A DNA stretch of 64,000 bases from Octopus vulgaris (GCA_951406725.2 OX597833.1:7316001-7380000); one strand, 5' to 3'; shown: positions 28,697 to 44,754, counted from the stretch's first letter. Notes: a model not told the origin generated them from the sequence alone. Numbers and translations: made by a program.

Positions 28697-31169
28697 TACC
28701 TACATACATACATACATACATATATACGTACATACGTGCATACATACATACATACATACATACATACATACATACATACATACATACATACATACATACA
28801 TACATACATACATACATACATACATACATACATACGTGCATACATACATACATACATACACACACACACATACATACATACATACATACATACATACATA
28901 CATACATACATACATACATACATACATACATACATACATACATACATACATACATACATACATACATACATACATACATACATACATACATACACACACA
29001 CATACATACATACATACATACATACATACATACATACATACATACATACACACATACATACATACATACATACATACATACATACATACATACATACATA
29101 CATACATACATACATACATACATACATACATACATACATCATACATACATACATACACACATACATACATACATACATACATACATACATACATACATAC
29201 ATACATACATACATACATACATACACACATACATACATACATACATACATACATACGTACATACATACACACATACATACATACATACATACATACATAC
29301 ATACATACATACATACATACATACATACATACATACATACATACATACATACATACATACATACATACATACATACATACATACATACATACATACATAC
29401 ATACATACATACATACATACATACATACATACATACATACATACATACATACATACATACATACATACATACATACATACATACATACATACATACATAC
29501 ACATACACACATACATACATACATACATACATACATACATACATACATACATACATACATACATACATACATACATACGTGCATACATACATACGTACAT
29601 ACACACACATACATACATACATACATACATACATACATACATACATACATACATACATACATACATACATACATACATACATACATACATACATACATAC
29701 ATACATACATACATACATACATACATACATACATACATACATACATACATACATACATACATACATACATACATACATACATACATACATACATACATAC
29801 ATACATACATACATACATACATACATACATACATACATACATACATACATACATACATACATACATACATACATACATACATACATACATACATACATAC
29901 ATACATACATACATACATACATACATACATACATACATACATACATACATACATACATACATACATACATACATACATACATACATACATACATACGTGC
30001 ATACATACATACATACATACATACATACATACATACATACATACATACATACATACATACATACATACATACATACATACATACATACATACATACATAC
30101 GTGCATACATACATACATACATACATACATACGTACATACATACATACATACGTACATACATACATACATACATGCATAATACATACATACATACGTGCA
30201 TACATACATACGTACATACACACATACATACATACATACATACATACATACATACATACATACATACATACATACACACATACATACATACATACATACA
30301 TACATACATACATACATACATACATACATACGTGCATACATACATACATACATACACACATACATACATACATACATACATACATACATACATACATACA
30401 TACATACATACATACATACATACATACATACATACATACATACATACATACATACATACATACATACATACATAACTACATACATACATACATACATACA
30501 TACATACATACATACATGCATACATACATACATACATACATACATACATACATACATACATACATACGTACATACATACATACATACATACATACATACA
30601 TGCATACATACATACATACATACATACATACATACATACATACATACATACATACATACATACATACATACATACATACATACATACATACATACATACA
30701 TACATACATACATACATACATACATACATACATACATACATACATACATACATACATACATACATACATACATACATACATACATACATACATACATACA
30801 TACATACATACATACATACATACATACATACATACATACATACATACATACATACATACATACATACATACATACATACATACATACATACATACATACA
30901 TACATACATACATACATACATACATACATACATACATACATCACATACATACATACATACATACATACATACATACATACATACATGCATACATACATAC
31001 ACACATACATACATACATGCACACATACATACATACATACATACATACATACATACATACATACATACATACATACATACATGCATACATACATACACAC
31101 ATGCATACATACATACATACATGCATACATACATACATACATACATAAATACATACATACATAAATACA

Positions 31170-31203
<34 letters not shown>

Positions 31204-31240
31204 CATACATACATACATATACACATACATACATACATAC
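28697..31240. repeat. About 2.5 kb (CATA)n tetranucleotide array with sparse CGTA/CGTG/CACA/CATG variants
   Basis: Direct reading; source of the 579-899 aa IHTY/MYVC pseudo-ORFs. Confidence 0.98.
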
Positions 31241-31306
31241 AAACGCATACATATATATATATACATACATACATATATATATATACATACATACATATAT
31301 ATATAC

Positions 31307-31337
<31 letters not shown>

Positions 31338-31718
31338 CATTTATATATATATATATATATATACATACATATATACATACATACATACAATACATTTACG
31401 TATATATGCATAAATATATACATAATACATATAGTATACATACATATACACACACATATGATATTTATATAATCATATACACACTCAAATTCATATAATA
31501 TATATATATATACATACATATATATATATATTATGTATATATAATAATACACATTATACATCAACGTACATACACGTATATACACTCTCATACTTATACA
31601 TACATATATGCATTTTCATATAGACACACACAAACATAAATATATATATATATATATGCATTTGTAGGCATGTATATGTATATGAGCATATATGCAGATA
31701 TGTACACACACACACACG

Positions 31719-31756
<38 letters not shown>

Positions 31757-32301
31757 GCATGCATACTCATGTATACACAAACATGCATGCACGCTCCCGA
31801 GCTCCGCTCATGCACACACAACGACAAGCAAACAGCACACCTATCAGGTCAAACATCTCGTGTTTTTGGAACAAAGGGTGTTCATGAAGAATTACTGTCC
31901 ATGCAGTTCCAGCTGACGTACCTCTCTCCTCCTTAGACATAAGATGAACGCCACATAAAGAAATGAAGGGCCCCAAAATCATCCAACTTGCCCCTCGTAT
32001 AATAAACAATATTTAGACCGCCATAGACTTCCTCTCGTTCCTTCTTTAAAAAATTCTTTTTTTTTCTTTTTATTATTTAATGCATATTTTTTTGTTTCTT
32101 TTATTTATTTTTCTTTTTGTGGCTATTTTGAATTTATTTTCTTTTTAGAGTAGTTTCCCTTGACACCATAATTTATTAAATTGTTAGGCGATCTGTTTGT
32201 AGAGACAAAATGCAATTTTTACTGTTATAGATAGTTGATGCCTGTGCGTGTGTGTGTACACACACACACACGCGCACACACGCTCACACACACACACACC
32301 A

Positions 32302-32353
<52 letters not shown>

Positions 32354-32734
32354 AGAGTTCTTTTTTTTTTTATCCAAATCTCGTTGCGAAAGACGGTATA
32401 TTTCATTCTTTTGGAACGGACGGAAAGTTGTATGAATTAAACCCGGCGAGTTAAGAGGATTATCTAGCATCGTCGTGATTACGCGCTTCATTTCTTTATG
32501 CAGCACCACACGGCCAAGGGTCATCCGTTGTAGCACGGGGTCGAGTAATAAGGGAAAACTGGGACAACTCTTTAGAAGAAATGTCCGTGCATACACACAC
32601 ACACACATATATATACAGTTATACATATATACGTGTATGAGTGAATATTCATGTGCCCGTATACACACTACACACGCACACACATATATATATATGTATG
32701 TATGTATATATACATATATATATACATACATACA

Positions 32735-32875
<141 letters not shown>

Positions 32876-33310
32876 TACATACATATATATATATATATAT
32901 ATATGTATGTATAGACACCCACATACAAGCATACATACACACACGCACACACACACACACGTTCACACACACATATACATACAAACACACACACACATAA
33001 ACATATGTATGTATATATACGTACATACATATATTAATACTGTCAAACATATTCATGCATAATTGCATAATTTAAAAATCCATGTTTTGGCGAAACTTTG
33101 AAATCTTTTGCCAACCAACTTTTTGTAAATATCTGTGTCGAGTCGTTTGTTCAGTGAATGTTTATAGATTGTAAACATTGAAGAACGCTTCTATCAGACA
33201 AACACACACGCGCATACATACGGAAAAACGTATGTGTGCTTATTTATACATGTATAAAATCTCAGGCATTCACACAATTATACAAACATATTTGTCAAGG
33301 AATACATATA

Positions 33311-33398
<88 letters not shown>

Positions 33399-33515
33399 TA
33401 TATGCACACATATATAATATATATGTAAATATATATATATATAATATGTACGTATATGTAAATATATATGTATATATATGATATCTATGTACATATGTAT
33501 ATAAATATATATATA

Positions 33516-33586
<71 letters not shown>

Positions 33587-33880
33587 CAACTGAATCATTG
33601 AATTTTTTTTATAACTTTCACTGTTCTGGTTTTCTCATATCATATTCAATATCACATTATATCTCGTATTATTGAATACGAGATATTCAATATTCAATAA
33701 TCGATAATCGATATTCAGTATTTCCTCTGCATTGAAGACGTTCTGCTCATAATTATCCCCCATTGCATACTTTCTCTTTTTATACTTCTTGTTTTTGTTT
33801 TTTTTTTAAATATCGCTTACTTTAATATGCCACTTAATTTCGTGTCTGCTAGCCTAATACACCCGCCTGTTCATACACAG

Positions 33881-35425
33881 CACCCTGAAGAGTTCGACCC
33901 CAAGACGTCTTTCTCATCGCCGTCCAGCCGAAGCAGTATGTCTAGAAGGCACCCCAGGCACCACCAGCACACATCCTATCGAAGCTCTTCTCACACTGAG
34001 CCGAATCATTCGTCCAGCGAGACCAGTTGCACTGATCTTGTACCATTCTTAGAGTCTGCCAGAAATCAGCTTTCTAGATCGCAACCATTCTGTGCCAGGT
34101 CAAATCTAGGTACTGGGAACAAACGGTTCACCTCATATCTGCACGAAAAACCAAACGAACATTATGATTCTCCATTGACAGCTTACATCAAAGGCAAGTG
34201 GAATACACCTGTTCCTTCTCCCACTGTAGATCGTTCACTTAGTAGTAACCATCACCACCCATTATACGAAGAAACCTCTTCCAGAAATCTCTCCTTGCCT
34301 AAATATTCCTACCTTGATTCAACTGATTTTAGTTCGGATGAAGAGTATGACACCGAATCAAAATATGGTGGCCACACGATTGTGGAACGTAAAAGACCGT
34401 ACAAACCGGGACAACTTTTAAAAGCATTGAGAAGAAAGCGAAGGGAGAGAGAGGAAAACTCTGCTTCCGAAGACAACATAGAGGGAGCCTATGCCATTAC
34501 TTACAAAGACGATCTTGATGCTGACGATGAGAATACAGAAACATATACTGACGATGATCAACACGAGTACAGAATCGTGAGTAGACCCAAGCATAGGTAT
34601 TTGAATCGCGAATCAAGCCCTGAATACGACAGCGATTTACCTGTAGTACCTTATCACTCTAAGCTTCACAAATACCAGAAATACGATGATGATATTGGTG
34701 TTAACAGTCTGGTCGCTATGGCAACTTTAAGGGCCCGTGATGCTCTCAGACAAATCGCTGGAGTGAATAGCAAAGCTGGATATTTAAGTATCGAAGGAGA
34801 TGTTAGACCCCACGGCGGAGAGTTGTCAACATTTAAACTTGAAAGTCCATTCCAATTCCGAGGACCGTTAATGATAAACCAACGACCGCAACTCTCTACT
34901 AGTAATGATGCGTACGAGAATCTCGTTATGACACTTCGACGTCAACGAGAATCAGAACGAGAGAGACTGGACAGTAACTTTATAAAGAAGAAACCTGCTC
35001 TCCAGATGGCCCCTTACTCTCAGTCTCAATCTTCGCTTCGTCCTCTCGGCTATATGAGTGATGAATCTCTCAAATCCTACACAAAGGTCCTCATGCCAGG
35101 CAGTTCACCGTTTGACAGAACTATAGTTACACCTTTAAGAGCTAAAAAATCAGTGCATTTCGATGACGACTTCGAACCAAGATCTTCATCCAGTTTCCTT
35201 AGAGAACTGTATCCAGCCGAACCTGCTGAAAGGAGGCGAGGTGGTAGAGAAGCAGCAGAAGATGAAGACGAACAATACGAGAAGGCGGTTGCTCCAAGAC
35301 GAAGGCGCTATCCTATATACGAATACACTGAGGAGATCCCAGTCAAAATTAAAGTCGATGATGACAGCGATTATGAAGATATCACCCCTGGCAGGTTATC
35401 AGTTGTAGAAAAAATACGAATCAAG
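33881..35425 (+). CDS. Coding exon C, 1545 nt (515 aa), Ser/Arg/Asp/Glu/Tyr-rich and probably disordered; read-through of the donor reaches a stop at 35468-35470
   Basis: Only long non-repetitive ORF in the window (33827-35470); acceptor catacacag at 33880 is phase 0 and joins exon B; candidate donor AAG/GTACTG at 35426 is phase 0. Confidence 0.88.
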
Positions 35426-36150
35426 GTACTGTTGCAAAAAAAGGGATCAGGCCCACGAATTTTATTTTGATAAGAGATCTCCATAAACCAAAATTAATAA
35501 CAACAGCTTTCTACCCCCACCCCCGTTTCTTGCATGAATTCTTCTGTTGAATTCTTTTTGCTGCTCTTCTCCTAATTGCATGAAGTTTTTCTTGATTAAG
35601 ATTTGCTTTGTTTGTTTTCTGGCTTTTCTTTGACATGGTTTTTCTTGCTGTGCCATATTCTTTTTCTCTATTGCGTTTTCAAACTGTACCAGCACGCTTG
35701 CTTTGCCGTTATTTTTCCAGCTTGCCTTTTCACACGAGTCACGCAAATAACCAATAAAACGACTGTATAAAATGGCCGCCAGACGGTGGCCGCCATAGCT
35801 GCAGGATTCTTGTGTCGGACGCCATGTTGTATAACTGCCCATAAATATATAGCAATCCATTCTACCCTCAACTTCCTCATTGAGTCACATATTCAAATGA
35901 CTAAAGAAAAAGAAACATGAAGAGAGACAGAGAGACAGAGAGAGACAAGAGAAGACAAAGACAGAGAGAGAGAGAAAAAAAAGACAGAGAATGAAAAATA
36001 ATTTATGCATCGGTCAAAGCGTCAAACAAATTGTGTTCTGTTAGAAAACATCTTTGTGTATAAACACGAGTAAGCACATAAATGCAAGACAAGGTGGAAA
36101 GAAGTAGTACTCGAATACCGAAGGTAGAGTAATATGGTCTCTTATTAATG

Positions 36151-36287
36151 CTACAAAAACATCACAAAAAACTGTTATTCACATTTACGTTCATTGGACA
36201 GTTGTGATCAAGACCCAAAGTCTTGATCACAAGTGTTCAATGAACGGAAACATGAAACAGTAACAGTTTTTTGTGATGTTTTTGCAG
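36151..36287. repeat. Inverted repeat, about 64-68-bp arms with 5-nt loop (36215-36219); each arm holds a decayed hammerhead-like motif
   Basis: CTACAAAAACATCACAAAAAACTGTTA...TTGTGATCAAGAC pairs with GTCTTGATCACAA...TAACAGTTTTTTGTGATGTTTTTGCAG. Confidence 0.9.
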
Positions 36288-36304
36288 TTTTAATTAAAAA
36301 AAAA

Positions 36305-36454
<150 letters not shown>

Positions 36455-36455
36455 A

Positions 36456-36504
<49 letters not shown>

Positions 36505-36525
36505 TATATTTATTTATATATATAT

Positions 36526-36599
<74 letters not shown>

Positions 36600-36633
36600 C
36601 TTAAATATATATATCATATATATATATATACTT

Positions 36634-36671
<38 letters not shown>

Positions 36672-36800
36672 TTAGATATATATATATACTTAGATATATA
36701 TATATTTATATATACGTAAAAATAAACATGAATAAAGATATATGTAAACACATGTACATCTATATATACTTGTATATATAGATGTTATATATGTACGTAT

Positions 36801-36847
<47 letters not shown>

Positions 36848-36858
36848 ATATATGTATA

Positions 36859-36930
<72 letters not shown>

Positions 36931-37237
36931 TATTATTGCTTATAATAATATCAATGACTTAGCATGTGTAAAAAAATCCATAATGGTAAAAAAAATTATC
37001 AATTGATAATTAAGGATACTAACAAGCAGTACCAGCATGCTAAATATAGCATGCGGGTACTATGTATGTATGTATGTATGTATGTATGTATGTATGTATG
37101 TATGTATGTATGTATGTATGTATGTATGTATGTATGTATGTATGTGTGTATGTATGTATATATATATGTGTATATATATGTATATATATATATGTATGTA
37201 TATATATATATACATTATATAAATATACATATATATG

Positions 37238-37284
<47 letters not shown>

Positions 37285-37507
37285 GTATGTATATATATAT
37301 GTGTATATATATATATATATGTACATATATATATATATATATGTACATATATATATATGTGTATATATATATATGTGTGTGTATATATATATGTATATAT
37401 ATATATATGTGTGTGTATATATATATATGTATAAATATATATATGTGTGTATATATATATGTATATATATATATATATGTGTGTGTATATATATATATGT
37501 GTATGTG

Positions 37508-37542
<35 letters not shown>

Positions 37543-37667
37543 ATATATATGTGTATATATATATATATACACACACATAAACATTATAGTAATCCCTCAG
37601 TTTAATTTTGAATTGTTCTTAGATTCAACTTAATATAAAAACAAACATTAATAACACACACACATTT

Positions 37668-37762
<95 letters not shown>

Positions 37763-38192
37763 GTTATTAGATATAGTATTCTTCATGTAACGTTTTTCCT
37801 CAACATCGAGAGCAGAGCTGATTAAGATATATGTGGAGATTGATACGTAAATGCCGCGCAAACAATATAATCGATACGTACAGGTATTAATGTAAATATC
37901 AGTATAAGACTCCATCAGTAGATAATTTCGAAGTTAGAATTTTCAAGTTTGGAGTTTCACAAAGTCTGTTCCATTTTCTGTGAGCCCTCAAGGGCCATGA
38001 GCTCTGTGCTTTCCTCCGGTAACAGCAAGTGAGAAACAGAAAACATGGTCACCCATCAGTGGTAGAAGTGAGGTTGTTTTTAATCAAACATATTTGATAA
38101 TATTGTGTGACTTATTTTCCGTAAAAGGAGAACGAAACACGGCAGAACAGACGAAACGACTAAAAATGCTTTAAATATGTAATGATGTGTGC

Positions 38193-38251
<59 letters not shown>

Positions 38252-38331
38252 CATGCATACATACTTACGTACATACACACATACACACACACACATACAT
38301 ACACACACACACATACACATACATACATACA

Positions 38332-38436
<105 letters not shown>

Positions 38437-38631
38437 TTAATTAGAGGATATGTGAACCTCGTGAAGGGATGGTTTCATCCAAGGGATACTACTATTGTTG
38501 GGGAATGAAACTTCCCTTAAAACAATGGCTATGTATTAAGCATATAGCTTATATCCAGTTAAAAGAAGAAAAGGAAATGAAGATAAGGAAGTTAACAATT
38601 ATTTATGACTAACAAATTGGTCATCTTCGCT

Positions 38632-38698
38632 TCTTACAGCTGTTTCAATTAATACTCAATAATCAAATTACAAATGAGTATAATTTCATCAGAGAGAC
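38632..38698 (-). ncRNA. Minimal type I hammerhead ribozyme with intact catalytic core
   Basis: Minus strand TCT-CTGATGA-AATTATACTCA[16-nt loop]TGAGTATTAATT-GAAA-CAGCTG-TA-AGA: CUGAUGA and GAAA boxes, 11-bp stem II with one bulge, palindromic ACAGCTGT stem III, GUA site, short stem I. Confidence 0.72.
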
Positions 38699-38842
38699 AG
38701 AAGAAAAAGATGTACCTTGGGATGTTATATGTGGACCTTATCGATTCATTTCTTTTTTTTTTTTTTACTGAAAATCTGCCACAGAAAAAAATAACTGTAA
38801 ATGAATGAACATTCAAATGTGCTCTAGGTTGTTTTATATATA

Positions 38843-39538
<696 letters not shown>

Positions 39539-39667
39539 TTATATATGGAGCAAAGCTGTTTGATTCAAATACATTACGTTTCAAAGAATGAGATGATACT
39601 TATCGTCAGCCATTAGAAATTTGATAGATGGATAGATAGACAGACAAAGACAGACAGACAGACAGGC

Positions 39668-39758
<91 letters not shown>

Positions 39759-40299
39759 ATTGACAGATCTATAGATATGCATTTATGCATCATTGGTGTA
39801 TAAATGTTAATATCAAAGTAATGGTAGGGATATTGAGATAGAGTTAATTAAATTAAATTATCGAATTAATTAAATTACGTTTCGTTTGATTTCTACATGA
39901 ATTTTAATTCTGGAGTCTTATCGTAATTCTCTTTTTAATATCTGTATATAGAGATTATGTTGCTTGCAAAATATTTTTATAGCTGTATACATTATATATG
40001 TGTGTATATATGCGTGTGAATATATGCATGCGAATGTGTGTGTATTTGTATGTGTGTGTGTGTGTGCCTGTGTGTGTGTTTATGCTTATGTGTGTATTTG
40101 TGTATGTATGTATGTGCGTGTGTGTGTGTGCTTATCGAAATATGTATAGAAACGATGAACTACAAGTGTATCTCGAAATATGCCATCATCACCACCATCA
40201 ACATCATCACCATCACCACCGCATACAACCCCACCATCATCACCACCACTACCAATACCATAGCGCTGGTGATTGTTTCAACCTTTATCATCATCATCG

Positions 40300-40344
<45 letters not shown>

Positions 40345-40911
40345 CCATCATCATCGTCATCATCACCACTTCCTCTATATTCACATAATACTTCCAACAA
40401 ACTTCAAAAGAAATGGTATTTTCTTTCTATGATTTTCGACAAGATGAAATCTTAGGGTAACAAATATGCGAAACAATCATGTAAAATCATAGATTCTTAC
40501 CATTACCATTCTGGAAGTTTCAAGGAACTGCCATTTTCAATATCAGATTCCAGAAGTTTCAACTACTGATATTGTTCATAAGTTTTCTGGAATTAGTTCT
40601 TGGAATACAATTAAACACAATCCGTATCATATTTCTACTTCACCCCGAATCACTTCTGATTGAGAATTCTAATATACATTCTTAGAATGTACCAAACTTG
40701 CTAGAATTCCTTCACAACAGGACTGTGGTACTCAGGTTTATCAATGGCTAGAGAACCAGATTGTTTATATTCAACATCCCGATCCGTTTCCATGTTGGAT
40801 CCCACTGAAATATTTTTTGAACCGATTTCTACAGATCTTATGTCTCATTGCATCTCATTCCAAATCTTTCCTCTACATTTAAACGAACATTCTAGATATG
40901 GTGCCATGGCC

Positions 40912-41548
40912 ATGGACGAGTAGAATCGGCACAACAACAACGGGCATCGTTCCTCGTGGGATTTTTATTGTTAGTTACGATCCTTTGTGTTGTGAGTTCA
41001 TATCTCACTGGGATCGACTTTACTTTTTATCCTTCTGTGGTCGATAAAATAAAGTATCAGTTCCATTGGGTTAATTTAATCAAATTACAACCCACACAGA
41101 TGTCTGACCTTGCACATATGTATAAAATTACTATTACTATGGTGGAGTAACGTAATCGGTTGAGCGTCGGATAAAACGTTGCGATAATTCTTCCGGTTCT
41201 TTACGTTCTAAGTTCAAATCCTGCCGAGGTCAGCTTTGTCTTCCAGCCTATCGGGGTCAATAAAATTAAGAATCAGTCAAGTACTGGAGTTCAACATAAT
41301 CGATTACCCCCCCCCCACACCTTCTCCTTTAAAAATTGCAGGCCTTGTGCCAAAATTAGAAGCAGCAATCATTAAGGGCGATAGATTGACAGAATCTTCA
41401 GTGCGTCGGACAAAATGCTTAAAACTCTCCGGAGTCAACTTTGCCTTTCATCCTTTTGGAAGTCGATGAAATAAAGTACCAGTCACGTACTGGGGGAAAT
41501 ATTTAAAGTCGACCAATCCCCTTCCCGTAAATTTCTGGCCTTGTGCAC
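40912..41548 (+). mobile_element. Three tandem copies of the dominant SINE (about 40912-41125, 41141-41362, 41375-41548)
   Basis: Repeated consensus blocks GTCGATAAAAT, GTACTGG.GT, GGCCTTGTGC. Confidence 0.85.
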
Positions 41549-41859
41549 GCGATTTAGTTATCTCCCTTTCCGTAAGAGTTCGATTCCGTTTACACACCAC
41601 TTTACCATTCACCTTTCCAGATTCGGTGACAGCTCTACCAGTAACATAATGGGGTCAGCATACTAAACCATAATGCCCTCATATATTCTTATTTTCTCTG
41701 CTGATAGAAGGAAGGAATTTCATGTTTTTACTGCAAGAATTTCATATTTTCGGTTTCTTTCTCTTCTTTAATGACTCGAAGAAAGCATCTTCTCTAGAAT
41801 TACATGCAAACGCGCGCGCATACACACACGCAAACGTACACTCATATATACACATACAC

Positions 41860-41894
<35 letters not shown>

Positions 41895-41913
41895 TAGATA
41901 GATAGATAGATAT

Positions 41914-41952
<39 letters not shown>

Positions 41953-41965
41953 TAGATATATATAT

Positions 41966-41997
<32 letters not shown>

Positions 41998-42011
41998 GCA
42001 TACATACATAC

Positions 42012-42074
<63 letters not shown>

Positions 42075-42809
42075 CATATATCTGAGTATATATGCATATA
42101 TATGTATATCTATGCACATATGTATATGAATATGTTATGTGCGTGTGCATACACACATACACACACAGATATATATATATATATATATATATAATATACA
42201 TTTATATATTTACACGCACACGCGCGCACACGCGCACATACACACATATAATGCATGTATGTATGTATTCCTTTGAAGCTATACAATACAAAAAAACCCC
42301 ACTATTTATAAAAGTCAATAATAAAATTTCTCAAAAAATAAAAAACAGTTTGCAATATTGAATCTTTTTAAAACATCCGGTAATCGAGTAACGAAAAAGT
42401 TTTAGAATTTTGAATTTTAAAACTACATTCTTTGCAAACAAAGAAAAAAAAACACAGAAAAGAAAAGGGAAAGAAAAGAAGTGGAATCTTGAAGAATGAA
42501 AAGAAAGAAAGAAAGAAAAAAAACAGACAAAAAATAGTAAAAATAAATTTAAAGCAAAAACAACTTTCTTTTTTAAATAAAGGAATTGTGAAACTCGTTT
42601 CTGCCAAAAGATAGAATCGGAACAGGGCTGATTCCTCGCAGAAAAAATGGATTGAAGATGATATAATGAAACTAATTTTAATAGACTTTTTTCAATTGTA
42701 TTTAATTTTTTTTTTTATTTAGATATCTTCTCTTTTTTCCGTTTTTTTTTCTCACATCTCTACTTATTTCTTTTTCTTCTTCTTCTTGACCTCTTCTTCT
42801 CGACTGCAG

Positions 42810-43259
42810 CTTTCGACGCAGCCTATAAAGTCACCTAAAGCTATCGTGGCAACCCGAAGAGTCACTCGTAACTCAGCAAAGGCCGATCTTCTCCCTGCCT
42901 ACAATGAGGTAGATCTCCTCAAAAATCCTGCTTACTACGTCTCGCCTCTTCCTCTTCTCAGATATGTTCCTGGTTATCATAGGCGTTTTGTTCTGCCTCC
43001 TAAACCCAAACGTTATGCTATTTTATCTAACTGGGGTGATTCTTTTGATGATGAAGACCTCTACTTCCCACCATCAAAGCTTCGTTACCACCACCCGACT
43101 GGCATTGACAGATATGCTATGCACCACCACCCCTTGCACTATTATTATCTAAGACACCATCTTCCCGAATGGCGTCATTACGGTAACAGAAGATTTTACG
43201 ATTATGCCCCGAGACGCTACTATCGTAGATCTTACCCCACTCATTACATGGCATTAAAG
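42810..43259 (+). CDS. Coding exon D, 450 nt (150 aa), Tyr/Arg/His/Pro-rich; read-through gives VI* at 43266-43268
   Basis: Very long polypyrimidine tract ending cgactgcag at 42809; open non-repetitive frame; donor AAG/GTGATA at 43260; phase 0 at both ends. Confidence 0.85.
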
Positions 43260-43659
43260 GTGATATGATCATTTTTTTTCAGGTGCACTTATAGCTATTC
43301 ACGCAAAGCTTTTATTGCACTTAACTAGGAAAATGCAGACAAACATTGGCGAAAAAAGGAACAAGATGTTTTTAAACGAAATGATTACTTGAGTTATTTA
43401 AAAAAAATATTGCTAAATATAGTCTTTCAATATTTTGGTAAATTTCATGGAAAAAAAATCTCTTGGAAATTTTTTTTACACGCCTCCAGAGTTGGATCGA
43501 AGGATAATAGCGGTTATTTCGCTAAAATGTAATTGAAAACCAGTAATACTTTGGATCAAGTCACTCTTCGTTCCTTGACGCAGGACGCTGGAGGGACCGA
43601 ACCAACGGAGAATCGGATGAAGTGCCATGCTGCTATCAAGCCCGCTTCTTTCTGGTCTT

Positions 43660-43785
43660 TGTACAAATCGCGCCTGGGTTGACTTTGCCTTTCATCCCTC
43701 TGCGGTCGATAAAATAAAGTAGCAGTGAAATACTGGGGTCGATTCAATCGACTATAATCCAACTCCCAAATGCTTCAGGCCTTAT
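43660..43785 (+). mobile_element. Partial dominant SINE
   Basis: GACTTTGCCTTTCATCC...GGTCGATAAAATAAAGTA...TACTGGGGTCGAT...TTCAGGCCTT. Confidence 0.8.
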
Positions 43786-43995
43786 ATAAATGTCTAAAGC
43801 CGTCGTCCTTTTCTTCTTGTAATATAAATCTTTCTTCCGAAAACTATATATATATATGTATATATACACACACACAAATATATATATACTATACTATACA
43901 TGCACTACATATATACATGCATGTATGTATAGATATGTGCTCATAAACATACCTGTATACATACATGACTACGTACTTACACACATCATGCGTGC

Positions 43996-44034
<39 letters not shown>

Positions 44035-44054
44035 CACATACATATATGTGTATG

Positions 44055-44121
<67 letters not shown>

Positions 44122-44754
44122 GTGTGTATGTATGTATACGTGCGTCTACTTCTATTTATGCATGTATATATGTCTGCGCACACATATATGTATTTGCGTG
44201 CATATATGTACATATATATATATATATAATATATATATATATATATGACACGAAATATAAATTCTAAAAGTGAGATAAAGCATAATTCGAACTCTTGTCC
44301 TTTTCTCGACCAACGAAAACAAAATTAATTCTAATTCAAGTTATTTATTTTTTTAAATAATTATTTCTTTACTTATTTTTTGCTTCTTGATGCAAGTTTT
44401 TTTTATTTGTTAATTCTTTTTGTCCTTCGGAAATTTTTGACTTTTTATGTTGCTAAAGTTTGGCGAAAAACCGAAAAAAAAAAGGGATCGTGAAACTCTC
44501 TTCGAAAAGTCTTTCGACTCAACATCAGCTTGCATGCATTTCATCAGTTTCTTCATATTCATACATACATACACGCATATACTTCGTTTCCTTCAATCGT
44601 TTTCTTATACACACATAAACATAGAAACATATGTACACTCTTATAAAGAAGCATTCGTTATAAATTGAAATTCTTCTAAATACATAGAATATATATCAAC
44701 ACAAACGCACACACACACACGCTGAGATTTGTATCTCGTTCTTTCCCGTTTCAG

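Noticed and set aside
28686-31591. ORFs of up to 899 aa (IHTY/MYVC repeats)
   Set aside because: Translations of (CATA)n, which lacks stop codons in any frame; no splice or codon evidence
33827-33880. ATG at 33827 as the start of a single-exon 547-aa gene
   Set aside because: Lies in the pyrimidine-rich intron end; a phase-compatible acceptor at 33880 explains the ORF better, though an internal start is not excluded
42810-43268. Reflectin or suckerin assignment for the Tyr-rich exon
   Set aside because: Lacks the Met/Asp reflectin repeat and the Gly/Ala modular repeats of suckerins
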